Shown here: in pieces, positions 45,192 through 50,786 of the stretch
How positions within the stretch are numbered: position 1 is the first letter of the stretch
Layout: each line of letters starts with the position of its first letter
Source: a virus
Taxonomy: Duplodnaviria > Caudoviricetes
Length of the DNA stretch: 50,786 nt
Virus record (IMG/VR): IMGVR_UViG_3300028610_001199
Span: 1 to 50,786 of that record
Reading direction: 5' to 3' (one strand)
Translations under genes and position numbers: made by a program
Notes under the pieces: generated by a model
The model's database searches: none
What the model was told of the DNA's origin: nothing
Seen by the model: the letters and a program-made list of their open reading frames with translations, nothing else

Positions 45192-48100
45192 TGGTAATAC
45201 CAATGGGACTTACAGAATTTCTACTATTTTTTATAGGACTACTAAATTGTATCTACGGATATGCAAACAATAACGATACCTATCTAATAATTGCCCATAT
45301 ATTTCTAGTTGGTGGTGTGGTATGTATGAAAATAGAAAGTACAAGACAATGGGAAAGATGACTATAGACGAGAAAATAGAGCAATTCAATACTCTATGTG
45401 AAGTAAAAGACGTGCCGGACGAGATAACCCTAGAAACTAATGTGAAACTCCCAACAGGCGAAAACTTAGTTCTTACTGTTAGCTGGAATCATGGGAAAAC
45501 ATTAGCCAAGATGTTGTTTGAAGATCTACAGAATTGAGATAATTAGGCTCTAATATCAATCCTAAGCAACTTTAATAGTTTCTAGGTACTATCTACTTAA
45601 ATAGAGATAAGGAAGGCTTAAAATGGCAGAAATCAGATGGTGTTTTTTCGATAATAGTTCAGGTTGGGAAGTTTGTTCAGAGCCAACGACCACAGATTTA
45701 ATTGATTTAGCTAATAAGAGATTGAAAGACGATGATGAGTTTAAATGTTGTAAGAATTGTCCACCAAAGAATATTGACAATGTTAAAACTTTATTGAATA
45801 CGCTAAATGAAGATGAATTAAAATCACATAATGATAACTTTGAACATACAATAGAATTAGAAATTACTATAAGTCCAGGTACTTCAACGGCTGAAGAGAT
45901 AAAAGAATTATATAACGCGCTAGATCATCTTCATCGTGCTTGTGGCGGGTATGGGATATTAATTAAGGACAGAGAATAATGGAAAGCTATAGAACAAATA
46001 ACCCTCTACGATCGGCCTTATGTATATTTATGGTTATGATTGTGGCTATTGATACCCTTACAATTAACACAACAATTATTTTTTATTCAATATGTTTTGC
46101 AATAGGTGGTATATTATATTATATGGAAAGGCGATACTATGGAACAAGGAAAGTTTACGCAAGCAGCTGTTATAGATCATAGTCTATTTGAATTTAAGAG
46201 ACTATTAGAAAGTGCTACTTTTGATAATGACGGCAATATAGAAATTACTTATGATGGCTCTTATTATGAATTTGATGGATATATATTTAAACAGATGGTA
46301 GAAGCTAAAATTAAAGACCTAGAAAAACAATTTAAGGAGTTGTAAAATGAATAGAGTAAAAATTAATTTAGCTAATGAATTAGCTGCAGAAATAGACCTT
46401 TTAGACGAAGTTATGGACCGTATAAGAGATGATAAAGGGTACTTGATTGAAATTAATACAACTGGTGGGAGCTATTGCCTAAACAGTGAAGATTTAAAGA
46501 AAGGTATAATGAATTTAATAGATGAGCGATATGACCAGCTTTGTCATGAGCTTGAAGCGCTATGAATAAAAGAGAAGAAATTGAGAAAATCACAACTAGA
46601 GCGGCAGTCGGGCAAATTCTAAAAGGTATTGAAAATAAGAGTAAGCAATATTATGAAGCACAAACAACCTTCACATTAAAAACTATGTTGACTAATAATG
46701 AAATTGTAACCCAAGAGATTGAAAATATGCCAGAAGAAGTTGATAAAGCATTTGGTGCGGATTTATTAGTAATAATATCGACTATATCTTTAAATAATAA
46801 CTATATTATCGAAGTATTAACAGAACGTGGTGAATTATGATAACAGATGAGAAAGTTCAAGAATTAATTAAAGCTATTAGAAACGCTGACGATGATATTA
46901 CTACAGCGGCAAGGAAACAAGATAATCCGCGCATAGAGATTAGAGAGAGAAAGTCGTCTGAACGATTAAAAAGGAGATTGAATAATGGGAGCTATTAAAT
47001 TTGAAAAGCCTAAGACCGTGACCGGATATAGTGATAACACTGGGGCTATTCACCAAGACGAGATTAGCGCTAGAGAAGAAAACTTTAACGAAGCTCTTAT
47101 CATATTCACAGAAAAGAGAGACCTTGACTTCGCTGACTTTAAATATGCGATTATCCACCACAGTTATGATATACAAGCTTTTATAGCTGAAATTGAGTTA
47201 ATTGATCAATTATTGAAAGGGAGGTTGAATAATGGCTGAATATGAAAAGATAATCGCGTATAAAATAATAGATGGTGATAATTCTTTAGAAATATTTGAT
47301 ACGGAGAAAGAAGCTATTTCCTATTGTAAAATAATTGAACTCGAAGAAGCATTTGAGATTGCTGGCGCGATTATAACATTAGGACATATCAAAGATTGGC
47401 TTGATGAAAATTCTACTATTGTTATTAATTATTTACAAAGAGATGACGATAACAAAGAAGAGACTAAACCTAATATTAGATTGTTAAAAAATAAGGAGCT
47501 TATGAAAGAAGGTGACCTTGATTATGACTTCCATTTAGAAAGTTGGTTCCCTTTTAAATATAGCTTAGTTGATATTAAATACGACCACATAGCCCATGGA
47601 CAAATTGGAAGGTTAATATAATGGCTACTAATAGCGGGACTATTCGACAGACAGCATTTAGAACACTATCAAACCTTAACGACTACGAAAGAGACGCAGC
47701 AATAAGAAGACTAGAAAAGGTGTACTTTAAGATCACAGGTATTGAAGGCCAGATTGACTTTCAAAGAACTATGATAAATGATTTAAGGCTTAAATGGTCT
47801 AATAACGATGGGTTGATTGTAGATCCGGCTACGTTAAGCCTGGGGGCTATAGTCTTCTGGACTGAAGGGGAAAAGCTCCACGCTTCATGCCCTGATATTT
47901 TTGATGCATTTGATATAAAAGATCATAGAGAATTAATAACTTATGGAGAAGAATAATGAAAGAGATAGCTGGATTAGCAATAATCATATTTCTAGGATAC
48001 AGTATTATAGGTACTGGGACACGTGTAGACGAAATAAGAGCTAAAGTCCCTGAATCTATAGCGGGAAGAAGCTGGAAAATTATAAGATATGAAGGATACC

Positions 48101-48589
48101 AGTATGGTAGTTGGTGTAACCACGGGGGAAAAGTTTGGTACCATGTAAAAGATTTAAAACAAAAAAATACTTATTACAGGGTTTACGTGACTATTTGGGG
48201 CAATGAATTACAATATAATTATGGAGAACCAGAAACCCTTAACCGTGTAGATCTAGAGATTACAGGTGATTATAATGGGAATTAAGCAACAACGCGCTAA
48301 TTCACGAGCAACTAAGACTGACTGGGAAGCTCTCGAAAAAGAAGAGCGTAGTATGTATAAGACAGGGTTTGCAATTGAAACAGTACGTCATATTCAAAAT
48401 CTTCTTAATCCAATAGAATCTGATGAGCATGTATATGAAGTAATTGCCCACGAGCTAAAGGTTTTATCAACAGAGTACGATGTATATTGTAGTAGATACA
48501 GAGAATTAAGTAAGTTTGTAATTAAGGATCTACAATTTGAGATTAGTGAGTTTGAAAAAGAAAAGAAGGAGATTGAAGATGGAGTATGA
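45191..48589 (+). other. Run of small hypothetical CDSs (45191-45361 2-TM, 45358-45537, 45623-45979, 45979-46182 TM, ~46139-46345, 46347-46565, 46562-46840, 46985-47239, 47232-47621, 47621-47956, 47956-48285 signal anchor, 48266-48589)
   Basis: Tightly coupled same-strand ORFs with SDs. Confidence 0.65.
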
Positions 48590-48985
48590 TAAATTAAAAA
48601 TTCAAATGGCAATAGTTCTTTGGGATAACCACAAAACAATCGAAGTTGATGTTGGTGGGAACACATGTATCCATTGCGGTAACAGCACTCACTTTCAACC
48701 TCACAAAGTTGATTGTATTATACCAGATGTTAAAGAATATTTAATAACTATTGGAGTTTGAAAAAGAGAAAAAGGAGATTGAAGATGAAGGTTGATAAGC
48801 TCAAAATCAAGATGGCCGCAGCTATTTGGGATAAACACTTAGTTGTAGATCATAATGGTAGCGCTGCCTGCAATTATTGTGGGACAGTTGAAAAGTACTG
48901 GCACGACGATGATTGCCTTGTCTTGGATGTTAGAAGATATTTAATAGAAAAAGAAAAGAAGGAGATTGAAGATGGAAGAGATTAA
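48579..48985 (+). other. Tandem paralogous Zn-finger CDSs (48579-48761, 48785-48985)
   Basis: DKLKI.MA...WD.H...CxxCG...H..DC...DV..YLI in both; same RBS repeat upstream of each. Confidence 0.75.
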
Positions 48986-49135
48986 AATAATTCAAATTAC
49001 CGCTAGTGAAGATGGAGAGATCCATGGGTTAGGAAGCAATGGGTTGGTTTATTGGCTAGTGTCTAGTTCTAGCGCTAATTACAAAGAAGGTGAATGGCTT
49101 TGTGTTTCTAGTAATGTTTTTAAGGAGAAAAAATA

Positions 49136-49369
49136 ATGGCTGTAATATCAACACTACCGAATGACGCGATGGCTAAAGAACAAGACTATCCTAAATTAAT
49201 GAAGGTAAAGGACACAGGCTTAATTGTACTATTCTCATCAAGAAAGATGGGGCAAGTAGTGTTTGCCGATAAAAATTGGCCTATTGGAGAGACATCCAAC
49301 AATTGAGACATGCACGGATTCGAAGACTATAGCGGATCTGTAACTTTACAAAACAAAAAAGGAGAGTAG
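49136..49369 (+). pseudogene. Small gene interrupted by an in-frame TGA at 49304
   Basis: YPKLMKVKDTGLIVLF...GETSNN*DMHGFEDYSGSVTLQNKKGE continues in frame to the next gene. Confidence 0.55.
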
Positions 49370-49371
49370 AT

Positions 49372-50223
49372 ATGGCTTTATACAATTCATACGGCGAACT
49401 AGTCTACGAAGTCCCTACAGCTAAGGGCGATAAGATGAAAAGCGTTAACACTACTGAAATTGCTAGAAGAATTAAAGACCCTAGTATAGGCGGTATGCTG
49501 TATCCTAGAGTATCTGACATCCTATCAGTATGGAATAAGCCAAGTCTAGTACAATGGATTAAAGAACAAGGAATATTGGCTGCATTAACTACAGATAGAT
49601 TAGAAGGAGAAGACGATATAGCTTTTATGAAGAGATTAGAAGTTGATAGTAATGATGCTAGGGATAAAGCTGCTGAAGCTGGTACTATTATCCATAAGTA
49701 TTTACAATTATTAATTATAGAGCAAGAAGTTGAACCATTTCCCCACCGCCATCTTTACGATATAGCTTATCTAGCTTACTATGAAATCGAAAACTACTTA
49801 TACGAGAACTATGGTGCTAAATTTTCTATTGGCAGACTTGAGACCGAAATCCCTTTAGTAAATAGAGAATTAGGTTATGCTGGGACTGTAGATTGCATTA
49901 TTAATTCTGGAGGTAGCTCACCAATTTACCTAGACTTTAAGACAAAAGACCGCCTTGATAAGAAGAATAAAAGTGATTATGTTTTTACTGAGAACGGACA
50001 ACAGCTCTGTGCATATGCTTTAGCTAGAAAAGAATTCGATAATGCTATACTCATAAACGTCTATATCGATAGAGAAACAGGTCATGTAGAGTTTTTTCAG
50101 TGGGTTGAAGGAGACAATAAGCTTCATAGTAAGTGGAGAAAATCTACACAAAAGGAACTGTTCTTAAACGCATTAAATTCTTACCACCTAATGAGAAATA
50201 TCGATTACTCTAAAATATTCTAA
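49372..50223 (+). CDS. PD-(D/E)XK (RecB/Cas4-like) exonuclease
   Basis: YPRVSDIL, AGTIIH, E.PL, YAGTVD, LDFKT and QLCAYA motifs. Confidence 0.85.
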   Translation: MALYNSYGELVYEVPTAKGDKMKSVNTTEIARRIKDPSIGGMLYPRVSDILSVWNKPSLVQWIKEQGILAALTTDRLEGEDDIAFMKRLEVDSNDARDKAAEAGTIIHKYLQLLIIEQEVEPFPHRHLYDIAYLAYYEIENYLYENYGAKFSIGRLETEIPLVNRELGYAGTVDCIINSGGSSPIYLDFKTKDRLDKKNKSDYVFTENGQQLCAYALARKEFDNAILINVYIDRETGHVEFFQWVEGDNKLHSKWRKSTQKELFLNALNSYHLMRNIDYSKIF

Positions 50224-50232
50224 GGGAAAAAT

Positions 50233-50451
50233 ATGAAAATATTAATAGTTTTATTGTCTTTAATTATGATAGGTTGTACAGGGAGTCATGGATCAATAAG
50301 GATTAATAACAAAAATTACTCAACTGAAGTGAGTTATAAGGTAGTTAAAATAGATAGATGTGAATATATATTCGTTCAGCCCCCTAGTCGTCGAGGACTT
50401 CAAGTTATCCATAAAGAGAATTGTAATAACCCATACCATAAGGAGAAATAA
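50233..50451 (+). CDS. Small lipoprotein
   Basis: Lipobox IMIG/C; IDRCEYI..HKENCNNPYH. Confidence 0.7.
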   Translation: MKILIVLLSLIMIGCTGSHGSIRINNKNYSTEVSYKVVKIDRCEYIFVQPPSRRGLQVIHKENCNNPYHKEK

Positions 50452-50453
50452 TC

Positions 50454-50687
50454 ATGAGCTTAGAGATTACGTATTACAGCTGTGAATTAGAAAAAACTGA
50501 AGTATGTAAAAGCAAAATGACCGGACAAACCTATACTACTTTAACATTAAATAAGAACTTTGAATTTGAATATACAGAATCTATCTACATTATAGAATCA
50601 ATCCTTAAGTCCCATGGGGTTGATATATTTACCGACGAGCAATTAGATAAAATTAAAGAACATATTAATTTAAAGGAGAAAGAATAA
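50454..50687 (+). CDS. Hypothetical protein
   Basis: AAGGAG SD; runs across the terminal repeat. Confidence 0.65.
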   Translation: MSLEITYYSCELEKTEVCKSKMTGQTYTTLTLNKNFEFEYTESIYIIESILKSHGVDIFTDEQLDKIKEHINLKEKE

Positions 50688-50786
50688 TATGAGAAAATGG
50701 ATTAGAAATTGGTTATTAAAAGACGAAGAAGACTATATAAACTTAAAAGAAAAATTAAAGGATCATAAAGAATATGCAGAACAAGA
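50643..50786. repeat. Terminal direct repeat, copy 2
   Basis: Exact 144-bp match to 1-144. Confidence 0.95.

Noticed and set aside
49265-49272. Perfect GCCGATAA as an additional sigma28 promoter
   Set aside because: No TAAA-like -35 at 15-nt spacing (GATG there) and it is intragenic
49304-49306. Genome-wide TGA recoding (genetic code 4 or 25)
   Set aside because: TGA terminates SSB right after its DSLPF tail and is used in ATGA gene overlaps; coding density is already high in code 11

Overview
The window is an apparently complete, circularly assembled tailed-phage genome of about 50,642 bp: bases 1-144 are repeated exactly at 50643-50786. It is AT-rich and podovirus-like. A minus-strand virion module (2251-23798) encodes TerS, TerL, portal, scaffold, major capsid, decoration and head-fibre proteins, ring/adaptor proteins, a beta-helix spike, an NHL propeller, a nozzle and three ejection proteins. 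Plus-strand blocks encode a Rad52/Sak annealase, a PD-(D/E)XK exonuclease, SSB, RusA, HNH-AP2, a metallophosphoesterase, GroES and many small unknown proteins. I could not recognise a DNA or RNA polymerase, helicase, primase, integrase, endolysin, canonical tRNA or CRISPR array. Main observations: (1) a cluster of 7-9 co-oriented sigma28/FliA-type promoters (TAAAG, 15-nt spacer from TAAA, RNCGATAH) in 41.6-44.4 kb, while the rest of the genome uses sigma70-type promoters; (2) a double-T-loop, Y-RNA/tRNA-like ncRNA directly behind one of these promoters; (3) a ~340-nt structured non-coding transcript ahead of the replication-type genes; (4) three exported proteins, one of them a signal-peptide-bearing paralogue of a virion fibre protein; (5) a ring/adaptor gene apparently split around the spike+NHL cassette; (6) orphan antitoxin-like domains. 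Circumstantial signs point to a flagellated FCB-group host. All protein family calls come from reading motifs by eye, not from database searches.
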